From Haliotis cracherodii (taxonomy: Eukaryota): 64,000 nucleotides of DNA. The stretch lies in NCBI RefSeq assembly GCF_022045235.1, contig NW_027266267.1, positions 18,352,001 to 18,416,000 of the forward strand. Reading direction: 5' to 3'. The notes beneath the pieces were generated by a model. That model was not told the DNA's origin. It was given only the letters and a program-made list of their open reading frames with translations, and ran no database searches. Below, in pieces: positions 12,865 to 26,297 of this stretch; the stretch's first letter is position 1; every line of letters starts with the position of its first letter. Made by a program: the position numbers and the translations under genes.

Positions 12865-15015
12865 CCTACTATTGTACAGTGGAAATGTGGAGAAGTAAAG
12901 ACTACTATTAATAAACTACATATATTATTCCAGGATCTTAATCCATCAGCATTCTGCTTACAAGAAACATATTTAAAGCAGACAGATAATTTTAGTTAAC
13001 GTCAGTTCAGCGCGTATCATTCGTTTTCTCCTCCAGGGGATAGGGCCACCGGAGGATCTTCAATCATTGTGCGACAGAATGTTATACACTTGATACTAAT
13101 CTGCAAGCTGTTGCTGTGCGACTTACTTTGCACGTCGCGTTAACATTGTGTTCTCTTGTATTCCGCCGTCATCAGCTCTCCAGCAGTCTGATCTTCAAAC
13201 TCTCTATGATCACCTCCCTAAGCCCTGTATAATCATGGGTGATTTGAATGGCCACAATCCTCTTTGGAGTGGTACAAGCACAAATACTAAAGGTAAAGTA
13301 CTTGAAGATTTTATATCCAATAATAATATATGTATCTTCAATGATGACACCCATACTTATCTGCATCCAGCAACCGGGACTAACTCTTCTTTGGATTTGT
13401 CCATTACTGATTCTAATCAACTCAACAATTTCGAATGGTCACTCTACAATGATCTTTGTGGAAGTGATCATTTCCCAATTATACTATCAACTGTTAATCC
13501 GACTGATGTTCCACCTTCTACAAGATGGAATTTTACAAAGGCAAACTCGTCTTTATTTCAAACAATGTGCTCAAATCAAATAAAACACAAATGTTTCACT
13601 GATGTCACTGATCCTATTCAGAATTTTTCTAACCTTTTAAATGGAATTGCTGACGAATGTATATCTAAATCCTCTACAATTCCACATATATGTAAACAAA
13701 GGTTTAACACCGAATGTAAACAAGCTAGAAAAGCGAGGAAAAAGGCAGTGAAATATTTTCGACGCCACCCTACTGTCCACAATTTAGATAAATTTAAAAT
13801 ATTAAATGCAAAAGCTTGTCGTGCATTTAAACAAAATAAATGCCAATCGTGGCAAAGCTATGTCTCTAAAATAAATTCCCCTACACCAATATCTAAGGTT
13901 TGGAATAAGGTGCAAATGATAAAGGGTAAAGGATCAAAATCTAGTGTTCACCATCTTAAGGAGGGTGACACTCTGATGAGGAAGAATGTTCAGCTAACTT
14001 AATAGAGTGTCACCCTCCTTAAGATGGTGTAAATCATACACCAAAATTTCCAAAATTTAAAGACCAACAAGAAAAAAAAGAAAATTGATTTAATTCTGAT
14101 AATGGTGAGGATTATAACGAATTTGTTTCCATCCATGAGCTGCATACCGCCCTAGGGCAACCACGGATGCCGATAAAATCCATTATCAGTTACTCAAACA
14201 TTTACCCGAGTCATGTTTAGACACATTATAAAATATTTTTGACCATATCTGGACAACAGGGAATGCTGGAGAAATGCTGTTGTAATTCCAATACCAAAAC
14301 CTGGCCGTGATCATACTGATCCTTCTAATTATAGCTTACTTGCTTACTATTGCTTACTAGCTGTGTATGCAAGACCATGGAAAGAATGGTAAATAACCGA
14401 CATATATGGTATTAAGAAACAAATAATCTTTTAACTAATATTCAATGTGGTTTTAGAAAAAAAAAAGTACCGTTGACCATTTGGTTAGACTGGAAACTTT
14501 TGTGAAAAATGCTTTAATTAAAAAACAACATGCGGTATCAATATTTTTCGATTTGAAAAAAGCGGACGATACGATCTGGAAACGTGGAATTTTAAAAGAT
14601 CTTTATGAAATGGGATTGAGGGGGCGTTTGCCAAATTTGGTGTCTCAATTTTTAACAGATATAAATTTCCAGGTTCGTGTGGGATCCACCTTGTCTGATT
14701 TTTACGATCAAGATCAATGTGTCCCACAAGGTAGCATATTATCGGGAACGTTGTTAGCATAAAATTTAATAATTTATCTAAGGTTTTAAATGACTCTGTT
14801 GACGGGTTATCGTTTGTTGACGATTTTAATGTTTTACGTTTTTACCACATATTAAATATTGCAAGCTAAATGTATGAAGGCACTAGATTTATTGAAGGTT
14901 GTTTCTAGTTCCAAGCAGGGAAGGGATCAAACGAACCTCGTTCACTTATATAGATCTCTTTTCCGTTCTAAGCTCGATTATGGCTCCATTATCTATGGTG
15001 GAGCCTGTAAAAGAA
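12865..15015 (+). pseudogene. LINE ORF2 endonuclease + reverse transcriptase, disrupted
   Basis: FCLQET, MGDLNGHNPLW and DLCGSDHFPI (APE); FFDLKKA, VPQGSILS and FVDDF (RT); LYRSLFRSKLDYGS; several stops, frameshifts and deletions. Confidence 0.9.
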
Positions 15016-15489
15016 ATTGAATTGATTAATAAATTTTGATGTAGAAAGTTATATATTTTTTAAATTGGTAGTATATGATTATGAACTAAGATTGTTAGTG
15101 GTTATACCCTTGATAAGGGTTGAAGTAGCGTAAAATTATTATTCCCCAGAGAGGGTGCGTAAGCCCACTTCATTCAAACTAATTTATATATACCAGATTT
15201 TAAATCGTAGAAAAATTGTTTGTTTTAATTTTGGCTAAATTTCTCCATAATCACCAGTAACCCAAGGGATGGTGTGAATCCTGCCGGGGTCCATGCAGGT
15301 AGCAAAGGTACTGTAGGTCCCCATCATCCCTGGTATGGTGGCCTAACTTCAGTTCTTGGTAATCAATAGCCTGGTTTTATAATGTGTCGTCTGCCATAAA
15401 CCAATCATTTTATTGTTCTAAAATTATTTTTAATGTTATAATCTGTGATATATTGCTAGTTGTTGTACTGTCCTTTGACGACAGTTGTT

Positions 15490-15995
15490 TGTCGAATCAG
15501 ATAAGATAAGATCTGCGGAAGACGTTGTCACCCGCCATCTTTGTTCAAGATCACTCAAGATATATTATTACAACCAATTGTGCAGCAACTGGAATTCGAT
15601 AATTGATCTGTGAAAACGAATACCTATTTATGCTTATCTGTCCATGTTATGAATCGCTCAGAACAAAATATGTCCAAGGTTTATCCCAAAACATCAATAC
15701 ACTAATCAAGCTCCTCCGTTTTGATGAAATATCTAACGAGCACGAAAAGAATACTATCCTATAGATTGATTATCGTTTACGACTTCGCAACCGTCTTTGT
15801 ACAAATGATGTTTAATTATTCTTGAGGTTATTTGCCTTTATTAATCAAATGCTTTAATCTCTTCTTGTTGTGTTGTGATGCAATTTATTTTTCACAACAT
15901 TGTACACGTACACATCTCTGTGCATATAATTCTGCATGTTTATACTTGTACATGTACAAAACTGTATATATGTAAGGCCTGAATACAATATATGA
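15490..15995 (+). mobile_element. 3' fragment of a second LINE (RTE-X/CR1-like C-terminal Cys motif)
   Basis: CENEYLFMLICPCYESLRTKY at ~15609-15672 resembles the E.EYHF.L.CP.Y..LR.KY motif. Confidence 0.5.
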
Positions 15996-16237
15996 TGATG
16001 ATGAATTCGGATGGTGTAAGTTAATTTTATAAAACAGTCTCCTTTAGTTGTGTTGTTTTGCAGATACAGATAGTCACATGATTAATGTATCGGTGGCGGG
16101 GTTTAGAATGCACTTTGACGGTCACTTTCACTGAACGTCAATGTTGATGTTAATTATGTTACTACACAGACCATGATGCATATCAATATTTTGTTGGATA
16201 CAAGAGGTAATTATCAACGCAAGCACTTAGCAGGATA

Positions 16238-17438
16238 CGAGGGCTGGTCAAAGTTCTAAGCCTGACTAACTTTCAACTATGGGCAATAACAAAGTGAACT
16301 AGACAATGTCGTGCATTGTTCATTGCAAGTGTATTTGGCCTGTTGAGGCAGTTTGTATGTTAGTGACAGTTGAACGTGATAGGGGTCCAAATAGACACAG
16401 AAATGGAAAAGAACGAGAACCGAGCAGTCAAGTTTTTTACTTTAGAGAAATGTTCTCCCCAAGAAATTCATGACCACATGTAAACAAGTGTGTGAGGTGC
16501 CCACATCTTTTTAACTGTGAAACGTAAGGCAGCTATGTTTAAGGGTGGAGAACAAGTCTTGATGATGACCCGAGGTCTGGACGTCCCTCAACTTCCATAA
16601 ATGAAGATTCAATCAAGGAGATAGAAAAACATTAACTGTTACATAGACGTATTACCGTTGCTAGAACTTGAGGAAGACACAGGTCTTAGACATAGATCCA
16701 TTGAAACTTGTATTCATGAACATTTACGGATGAATAAGATATCTGCTCTTTTGGTGCCAAAGTTTCTAAATTCAGATCTTATGGAAAAAAGAACTGACAT
16801 TGCCTGAGAAGATTTAGAGCTAGTTGAAGACGATTCAGCCACTATGATCCCGAGTCAAACCGTCATTCCATGGAATGGCACCATTTCACCAAAGAAATTC
16901 AAGCCTTCAAGATCAGCGAAGAAAGTTATGGCCACTGTATTCTGGGATGCCAAGGGTATTATCATTATTGACTTTGAAAGTCAAAAGACCTACTATGCTG
17001 ATTTCCTTCATCGACTGAGATATTCTATCAAAGAAAAGCAGGGAGGAATGCTGACTGCTGGAGCTCTGCTACTTCATGACTATGCCTCTTCTCACACCAC
17101 TCGACTGACAAATGCTGCCGTGTGACAATGTGGGTTCAAAGAACTTCCTCAACCTCCATTATCGCCAGACCTGGCACCAAGTGATTTCAGGCTGTTTCCT
17201 AAACTGAAAGAACACCTTCGCGGAAAGCGCTATGACGCCAACGATGACCTGAGAAATGCTGTGAATGGGGTTTTTTTCCGGGTGGCTTCGGAAAACCTCT
17301 TCCTGGATGGAATTGAGATCTTCACTATCGATATGAGAAATGTATTGAAAAGCAGGGAGGTAATGTCGAAAAATAAAATTGAAATCGGTTTCACAACCGT
17401 TGGTTTTGTTAGGCTTAGACCTTTTTGACCAGCCCTCG
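16238..17438 (+). mobile_element. Full-length degenerate mariner element
   Basis: TA TSDs (16236-37, 17439-40); TIRs cgagggctggtcaaa..tctaagcct; transposase relics DDDPRSGRP, KKVMATVFWDAKG, LLHDYA and SPDLAPSDF.LFP, with stops and frameshifts. Confidence 0.93.
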
Positions 17439-17862
17439 TATGAATTATTTGGTAGGCATTACTGAGAAGTTGACGGATGACAAAGTAGAACTATTTCATG
17501 GATACCAACTCCTTTATTTACTGTGTAAGGATATATCCCGAAACGTCGTCTTTAAAGTAAATAAAGAAGTTGTTATCCATAACTTATCTCTACTTTGTCA
17601 GCCCCTTTATGTTTGACCAGAATTCAGTTGGACGGCGTTTTGTGGTCGTCATATTACGTTCGGTTTTCGGTCGTAAGCGTATATGTATAACGTTTACATA
17701 TCCTTTACATGTCAGTTAGCCCTATCGCCATTTCGTTCATGTCAGTCCGCGTGAAAAGTTGAGCAGATTTCTGTTATACAGCGAACAGAGGGAATCTAAA
17801 CAACGGAAGTATTTTCAGGTCGACTAACTGCAGGCTGCTAGTTACCACCCTACTCTAAATCA

Positions 17863-18021
17863 GGGGCAGTCAGGTAGCCTAGTGGTTCGCTCGTCACGCC
17901 AAAGACCCGGGTTAGATTCCTGACATGGGTACAGTGTGTGAAGCCCATTTCTGGTGTCCCCCGCCGTGATATTGCTGGAATATTGCTAAAAGCGGCGTAA
18001 AACCATACTCACTCACTCACT
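17863..18021 (+). mobile_element. tRNA(Asp)-like-headed SINE (family D)
   Basis: GGTAGCCTAGTGGTT..CGTCACGCC..GACCCGGGTT head, (CTCA)n tail; degenerate copies also at ~33650-33785 and 34689-34855. Confidence 0.88.
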
Positions 18022-19085
18022 CCTAATATAAATCGCTAAATGATATTATTAAATCCTATTTTCTGCAAGAGACAGAAACAATGCTTGTTAATTACTAATA
18101 ATTAGCTCTGAACTACCCTAAGCGTGGATCATCTGGTTGTTGGATGTTGTCTAAAGTTATTTTGTAGTGAGGAGCTTACAATGTGTATTTTTAATATTTC
18201 CCCAAAAAAGTCAATTCATCATTTTCCGATAAATATGTCCCACTCCCTTCTAATGAAAATGAGCAAAATTACATTGAAATTGATTTCAACCATATTCGTT
18301 TGGTTTTCTATCACCATTTCTTATCGGAACTGTTCAGAATAATATTTAACTATTTTGAACTACAATGTATATAATGTTATGTTATGTGTAGTCCCAAATA
18401 AATTTTATATGATACTTGATGCATGTCATTGTATCCCAATTGCGTGGATCGATGCTCATGATATTAATTGTCTGGTCCAAACTCGAATATTTACAGACCG
18501 CCGTCATATCGCTGGAATATTGCTGAGTATGGCGTCAAGCAACAAACCAACCAACGAACCAACTTGATTCACTGAAACTTTTTGACAAAAAGAGAAAATT
18601 AAAAATGGTGACTGAAAACTGAAAGAGTGCAATGCTCGCTCTGTAGCATGAAGGTGGGAATCGTAGCTTCTTACAAAGCCTGTTTAATACATCTATTCTC
18701 GTTATGACCCGTGTGTGTACTAACAGCTGCCTAAGGGGCGAAAACATGGAGGTTGTTATAATGTGGAACATTGTTGTTTTCGCTGCAAGGGTGAGAACTG
18801 TGACACGAGCATCCCAGGAGATAAAAACAGGAATGTTGGATCATTTAGGAATTGGGTTTTTGTATCAAGGCTACATATTTTTTTCATTTTCAGGTACCAG
18901 ATATATTTTTTTTATTTAAAGCTATGAGCCTGAAGATAAACACCTTACAAGAATAACATTTTTGTGGCTGGCATTTTTTTTCCCACTCTAAAGCATAATT
19001 AACGTTTTCAAGTTTTTTCGGCGACAATTTACTTTTTGGGAAAATAACACTCCAGACCCTTCCCATAATATCAAATGTTTAGTCC

Positions 19086-20530
19086 CGTTGTCAGAGAGTG
19101 GGATTTCCCCCTAGCCTAAATTCCCCCCGGAAAAGGGGCTATATAGCCTAATTTCCCCCCGGAAAAAGGGCTATATAGCTAAATTTCCCCCGGGGAAAAA
19201 TGACTACATGTACATAGCCATATTTCCGCTTTAGAGTGAGATTTCCCCCCTTAACACAAGGGGGAAGTATGGCTATACAGCAGAATTTCACCTATATCCC
19301 TCAGATTGTTCAATGCAATATTAAAAAACATAACCTACGGCACCATTTAACAAACATTGATCAAACAGCACTGGCAAAAGCGAACATCTTGCATGCCATA
19401 TTTGACAGAGAAATTGGAGTTAAACGTGTCTCAATTGAAAACAAGCTTTTAGGAATCCTGTACAACAAGTTTAGTGTTCGAAACATAGACGATTCCGACT
19501 TGCCACTTGCTATTCATGCCAGAGAACTTAATTATGAACTGTTGCTGGATACTAGTAAATACTTCACGTCAGTGATTTTCTACAATGCAGTGATTAATGG
19601 TGTGTTTGAATCATATATCTTCCACTGAAACACGAGTTGAAAAACTTGCGGCGTCTCCTTTGGCAAGTGATCTTGTTCATGCATGCCTCTGTCCACAAAC
19701 AGTAAATGGGTACCAAGGAGTTAATGTGGTAATGGTAATGTGAATGGGTAATCTTCTAGCGCCTGACAGGCAGCTTTGGTTGCATATTTCACATGTAGCT
19801 GGGAAGTTCTGGAATGCAAATTATACGGACCTCTGATCGGGGCAAGAAACACTATGAGCACGCACAGATATATGCGCTATATACCTTGTAAATATACTTT
19901 ATAATATACTTGGCAGTGAGAGACTGAGGATTCTCGATGACAGAAAAGTGATATGTCACTGCAACCATGATAAGGAGAACGACTGCCGTTCAAGTTTACA
20001 GTGCAGACCTGATAGAAATCAACTAGCAAAATGTGTTTCAACTAGCAATGTGACGTATTGTTACTGAAGACAGTTGGAAGATTTTAGATTCGATGATTTA
20101 CCTCAAATACACAAGAAAATAAAAGAAACAACAACAACACTTACCCTAATAAATAAATATATAATAAATAAAACATTTCATTTCGTCAGAGATAAAAGGC
20201 TGATCTGATCTGTCGAGTGACAGATCCGCCATATCTCACTGTCGAAATAAACTATCCTCTATTTATTAAAATTACAAATGTATGGCGCAAAAAACACACA
20301 AGATTTTAATCATGGTTTCTATTGTAAATTACTCCATCAGCCTACTGTACATCTAGGTACTTTTGATAATAGACATATATTTAATTATGGGGGAAATCTG
20401 ACTCCAAAGCGGAAAATTGGCTATATAGTGTATTTTCCGGGTAGGAAATATGGCCATATAGTATGCTTTCCGTGGGCCCTTTTTCCGGGGGGAAATTAGG
20501 CTAGGGGGGAAATTCCACTCCCTGACACCG
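19086..20530. mobile_element. Non-autonomous DNA transposon with long, internally repetitive TIRs (MULE-like?)
   Basis: cgttgtcagagagtgggatttccccctagcctaaattccccccggaaaa matches the reverse complement of the right end; similarity extends ~150 bp; no clear TSD. Confidence 0.75.
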
Positions 20531-21009
20531 TAACAGCTGGTATTTTACGTTTTGAACTTTGTCAGATAAATCACGACCAAACTGTTAACTGGGCTATTTG
20601 ATTCCCTGGTTTGAAAACATTGGTAAAGCGTATTTCAAACCATAAACATGGCTAAAACATAATTCAAAACATTTAGGGAACATGCCGCGAAATGTCTTTT
20701 GGGTGTTTGTACAATATGTCGCGGGGTATAGCCATGAGATGAGGTTGTCACAACGATTTCATCCTTCCAATACAACGTTACTTCACGTCCTTGTGACAAC
20801 GTCCATGACAGTCCACAGAAAAAAAGCGTTGTAGGGACGTAATATTAAAACACTGCCACAAAGTAAAATACGACATTACCTCAACGTAAAATACAAAAAT
20901 TCCCACACCGTCAAAATGAAATGATATCACAATGTTGTGACGAAGTGAAAATGACTTTTCGCAAACGTTAGCTTACAACGTTGTGACATCATAAATTGGA
21001 GTCCACAGA

Positions 21010-21152
21010 GACCCGTAAAGACCCGGGAAGAGAAGAGGTCTACCCAACCCATCCTTGCCGAAAAAGGTGACCATGCTCGTCGTAAGGGGCGACTAACGGG
21101 ATCGGGTGGTCAGGCTCGCTGACTTTGTTAATGCATGTCATCGATCCCAATT
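21010..21152 (+). mobile_element. Family B SINE-like element, 5' part, within a local duplication (~20930-21150 vs ~21770-21995)
   Basis: gacccgt..gtcgtaaggggcgactaacgggatcgggtgg; the upstream flank is also duplicated. Confidence 0.75.
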
Positions 21153-21849
21153 GAGGGATGATATTACGTTAAATCCTTCCAACGAAAGTGTGTGGGTGAA
21201 AGTTGCACATATTTCAATGTTGCTATCGCAGATGCAGTACAGCGTGATCAATACATCCTGGAATACAGGTTTCCTGTTTCTACTGAACTTCATAAATATT
21301 AATCCGACATTGCTGCAAAGGATCGCCGTCAGTACTGCTGCTACCAGTACCAACATCACAATTGTCACTAAAAGAAACTTAGTTACCCAGGGAGCACACT
21401 TTATACTATCACTTCAAATATGATCGGCCCATTCCGACAACGACCACTGCAATAACCAACATTATACATGCCACAACCGTTTCCACCAAAATTCTGACCA
21501 CCAACAACAACATTTCCACCGATACCACAACTGACATCGCCACGAATTGACACAGACACCAATTGACACCGCAACCATCCCATTTGCCTCCGTACTAATG
21601 CCACTGTCACCATCACAGCTTCAGTTTACACGCCTGTTATGTACATTTGTTTGCCAAGGACGCATACCATGTGATGTCCAGAACATCGGCTACGCATATT
21701 GTTCGCGGGCACGTGAAGATCCGGGGTAGAATGGCCTTCAGCAAACCATTCCAAAATACGTTGTTATCATAACATTGTGACGACGTGAAAATGACGTTTC
21801 GAGAACGTTAGCTCACAGCGTTGTGAAAACATAAATGGGAGTCCACAAG

Positions 21850-22110
21850 GACCCGTGAAGATCCGGGTAGAGAATAGGTCTTCAGCAACACATGCGTGCC
21901 GAAAAAGGTGACTATGCTTGTCGAAAGGGGCGACTAAAGGGATCGGGTGGTCAGGCTCGCTGACTTGATTGATGCAAGTCATTATATTCCAATTGCGTCG
22001 ATCGATGCTCATGATGTCAGTCACTGGATTGTCTGGTCCAGACCGCCGTCATTTAGCTGGAATATTGCTGAGTGTGACATTCAACAGCAGACAATAACAA
22101 TAAATAAATA
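21850..22110 (+). mobile_element. Family B SINE-like element
   Basis: Matches copies at 26828 and 36164. Confidence 0.85.
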
Positions 22111-22682
22111 GCATATTGTCAGCAAGGTCCGGTATGTTATTCCATATGTGCAAATCAAAACGGGTATTCCTTTTTCTGAAGTGATAACTTTTTGTCAGTC
22201 AAATTCGTTATTCCGGCCACATGGCTCATGATACAGTTGTAAGATAAATTATATTTCGGTCCCATGTCCAGAATGTCGATCTCATTTTAAACAATTTACA
22301 TTAATATAAAGTTATCAAGCGTGGTATGAGTTAATTACCTTTGATAAAGAAATTCTACCTTATTTATGACTTGAGGTAAAAGGGATATATTTCCTACACA
22401 CCAAAAGTACTCTGTATTTCTCTTCTGTTACATGAAGGTCACATATAATCACAATATCATATAAATTCTACATGAGGTATGTTGAACAATGGCCTTTTAC
22501 ATTGCTCTAACTAATCGTTAGTCTCTTATATTATTCAGTTTGCAAAAGAAATTTTATATTAGCATAATACACTAATAAAGACTCCAAACTATGGTATCAT
22601 ATAAAGCGTTTGTCTAAACGCACCGAAAAACATGTTCTTATCACCAACACATACTAAAATGTTCTCATTCGAGATAATGATG

Positions 22683-25340
22683 TCAATGTCAAAAGGACGG
22701 TGGGGTAGACGTCAATGTACAAGGGACGGTTGTGTAAATGTCTATGTACAAGGGACGGTGGGGTAGATGTCAATGTACAAGGGTCGGTGGGGTAAACGTC
22801 TATGTACAAGGGACGGTGGGGTAGATGTCAATGTACAAAGGACGGTTGGGTAGACGTCAATGTACAAGGGACGGACAGGTAGACGTCAATGCACAAGGGA
22901 CGGTGGGGTAGATGTCAATGTACAAGGGACGATGGGGTAGACGTCAATGTACAAGGGACGGTAGGGTAGACGTCAATGTACAAGGGACGGTGGGGTAGAC
23001 GACAATGTACAAGGGACGGTGGGGTAGATGTCAATGTACAAGGGACGTTTCGGTAGACGTCTGTGTACATTGACGGTGGGATAGACGTCAATGTTGAAGG
23101 GACGGTGGGGTAGACGTCAATGTACAAGGGACGATGGGGTAGACGTCAATGTACAAGGGACAGACGGGTAGACGTCAATGTAAAAGGGACGGTGGGGTAG
23201 ACGTCAATGTACTAGGAAAGGTGGGGTAGATGTCAATGTACAAGGGACGTTTCGGTAGACGTCTGTGTACAAGGGACGGTGGGATAGACGTCAATGTTGA
23301 AGGGACAGTCGGGTAGACGTCAATGTACAGGGGACGGTTGGGTAGATGTCAGTGTACAAGGGACGGACGGGTAGACGTCAATGTACAAGGGACGGTGGGG
23401 TAGACGTCAATGTACAAGGGACGGTGGGGTAGACGCCAATGTACAAGGGACGTGTGGGTAGACGTCAGCGTACAATTTTCGGTGGGGTAGACGTCAATGT
23501 ACAGGGGACGGTGGGGTAGACGTCAATGTACAGGGGACGGTGGGGTAGATGTCAATGTACAAGGGACGGTGGGGTAGATGTCAATGTACAAGGGACGGTG
23601 GGGTAGACGTCATCGACAAGGGACGGTGGGGTAGACGTCAGTGTACAAGGGACGTTTGGGTAGACGTCAGTGTACAAGGGACGGTGGGATAGACGTCAAT
23701 GTACAAGGGACGGCGGGGTAAACGTCTATGTACAAGGGACAGTGGGGTAGATGTCAATGTACAAGGGTCGGTGGGGTAAACGTCTATGTACAAGGGACGG
23801 TGGGGTAGATGTCAATGTACAAGGGACGTTTGGGTAGACGTCAATGTACAAGGGACGGACGGGTAGACGTCAATGCACAAGGGACGGTGGGGTAGATGTC
23901 AATGTACAAGTGAAGATGGGGTAGATGTCAATGTACAAGGGACGGTAGGGTAGACGTCAATGTACAAGGGACGGTGGGGTAGACGTCAATGTACAAGGCA
24001 CGGTGGGGTAGATGTCAATGTACAAGGGGCGTTTCGGTAGACGTCAATGTACAAGGGACGGTGGGATAGACGTCAATGTTGAAGGGACAGTGGGGTAGAC
24101 GTCAATGTACAATGGACGATGGGGTAGACGTCAATGTACAAGGACGGACGGGTAGACGTCAATGTACAAGGGACGGTGGGGTAGACGTCAATGTACAAGG
24201 GACGGTGGGGTAGATGTCAATGTACAAGGGACGTTTCGGTAGACGTCTGTGTCCAAGGGACGGTGGGATAGACGTCAATGTTGAAGGGACAGTGGGGTAG
24301 ACGTCAATGTACAGGGGACGGTTGGGTAGATGTCAGTGTACAAGGGACGGACGGGTAGACGTCAATGTACAAGGGACGGTGGGGTAGACGCCAATGTACA
24401 AGGGACGTGTGGGTAGACGTCAGTGTACAGGGGACGGTGGGGTAGACGTCAATGTACAGGGGACGGTGGGGTAGACGTCAACGTACAAGAGACGGTGGGG
24501 TAGATGTCAATGTACAAGGGACGGTGGGGTAGACGTCAATGTACAAGGGAAGTTTGAGTAGACGTCAGTGTACAAGGGACGGTGGGATAGATGTCAATGT
24601 ACAAGGGACGGTGGGGTAGACGTCAATGTACAAGGGACGTTTGGGTAGACGTCAATGTACAAGGGACGGTGGGATAGACGTCAATGTACAAGGGACGGTG
24701 GGGTAAACGTCAACGTACAAGGGAAGGTGGGGTTGTTGTTAATGTACAAGGGACTGTTGGGTAGACGTCAATGTACAAGGGACGGACGGGTATACGTCAA
24801 TGTACAAGGGACGGTTGGGTAGACGTCAATGTACAAGGGACGGTGGGGTAAACGTCTATTACAAGGCACGGTGGGGTAGATGTCAATGTACAAGGGACGG
24901 TGGGGTAGACGTCAATGTACAATGGGCGGTGGGATAGACGTCAATGTACAAGGGACGGTGGGGTAGACGTCAATGTACAAGGGACGGTGGGGTAGACGTC
25001 AATGTACAAGGGTCGGTGAGGTAGACGTCAATGTACAAGGGTCAGTGAGGTAGACGTCAATGTACAAGTGACGGTGGGGTAGATGTCAATGTACAAGGGT
25101 CGGTGGGATAGAAGTCAATGTTCAAAGGACGGCGGAGTAGACGTCAATGTACAAGGGACGGTGGGGTAGATGTCAATGTACAAGGGACGGTGGGGTAGAC
25201 GTCAATGTACAAGGGACGGTGGGGTAGATGTCAATGTACAAGGGACGGTGGGGTAGACGTCAATGTACAAGGGACTGTGGGGTAGACCTCAATGTACCAG
25301 GGACGGTGGGGTAGACGTCAATGTACAAGGGACGGTAGGG
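22683..25340. repeat. G-rich minisatellite, 29 bp unit (tagacgtcaatgtacaagggacggtgggg), ~90 copies
   Basis: Period read directly; the array ends in the body of a family D SINE (25340-25464). Confidence 0.97.
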
Positions 25341-25854
25341 TTGCCTGTTACTCTGGCTCGATTCCTAACATGGGTACAGTGTACAAAGCCCACTTCTAGT
25401 GTCCCTTGCCGTGATATTGCCGGAGAATTACAAAAAGCAGCGTGAAACGACACTCACTCACTCATGCGAATTAGCAAATGTCAAAACTTTGGGTAAGAAG
25501 AAGCGTTTATTGTCTATCTATCATACATTGTTCATACTAACAATGTGCGAATACACAAAGCTTTGTTATGGTTCTGACATTCGAATATAAAACTTTATTG
25601 CCTGAAAGTTACCACTCTCGATTATCTCGAGTTAAAATATGTTAACTGTCAGCTATTTCTACCAGCAAATATTAATGAGATTGAATTCGAAAACGGACTT
25701 TCTCATTTCTGCAATAACATATAATTGATACCATATCCAAATGGTATTTTCAATCTTTTTCGTTGAGCACACATGATCAATTCTAAACACTGTATCTGTA
25801 GATCAACGATGTCCGGTGGTCTGTTTCAGGCAACATACCACAAAACGCCGCAAT

Positions 25855-26085
25855 GTTTGTTTGTTTATTGTTTACCGCCGCACTCAGCAATATTACAGCT
25901 ATATGACGGCGGTCTGTAAATAATACATTGTCAACATGATCATGAGCATCGTTCCACGCAATTGGGATACGATGACATGCATCAACCAAGTCAGCGAGCC
26001 TGATCCCGTTAGTCGCCTCTAACCACAAACATAGCCGCCTTTTACGGCAAGCATGGGTTTTGAAGTTCTATTCTACACGGGCCCA
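25855..26085 (-). mobile_element. Family B SINE-like element
   Basis: Reverse complement of family B consensus with deletions. Confidence 0.8.
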
Positions 26086-26232
26086 CTTCAATGTATTACC
26101 ATATGCTGGCGTACTAAAGTATTTATGTGATGATGCAATACTTAAGAAAGCGTCTGCTTGAATAACCTAAGTTGCGACAAGAGTGACAATATCAAATAAA
26201 ATAACGAATATTTGACGACCTCAGAAAAGGAA

Positions 26233-26297
26233 CTACAACAAATCACTTGCTTCCACAGATGCGATGAAATTTGCTCTTGTTCTTTCATCATCTGCAT
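26233..26297 (-). CDS. IgSF exon 12, putative terminal exon (YADDERTRANFIASVEASDLL*)
   Basis: Acceptor gttttcttttag, phase 1 matches exon 11; an internal GAA|GCAAGT could be a further GC donor, so the true end is uncertain. Confidence 0.55.

Larger units (their letters stand above)
11295..15480 (+). mobile_element. Degenerate I/Nimb-like LINE (5'UTR, ORF1, ORF2, internal deletions)
   Basis: Gag-like ORF1 with Cys/His knuckles and an APE-RT ORF2; ends not sharply defined. Confidence 0.85.

Noticed and set aside
19236-19628. 130-aa ORF as a host gene
   Set aside because: Lies inside a TIR element; at most a faint transposase C-terminal remnant.
21138-21616. Hydrophobic/TM-like minus-strand ORFs after a good acceptor at ~21368
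   Set aside because: Low-complexity sequence between duplicated repeats; could not be linked in phase to any gene model.
25783-25819. Alternative terminal exon (HRTSLIYRYSV*)
   Set aside because: Weak acceptor beside a SINE tail; possible but unsupported without transcripts.
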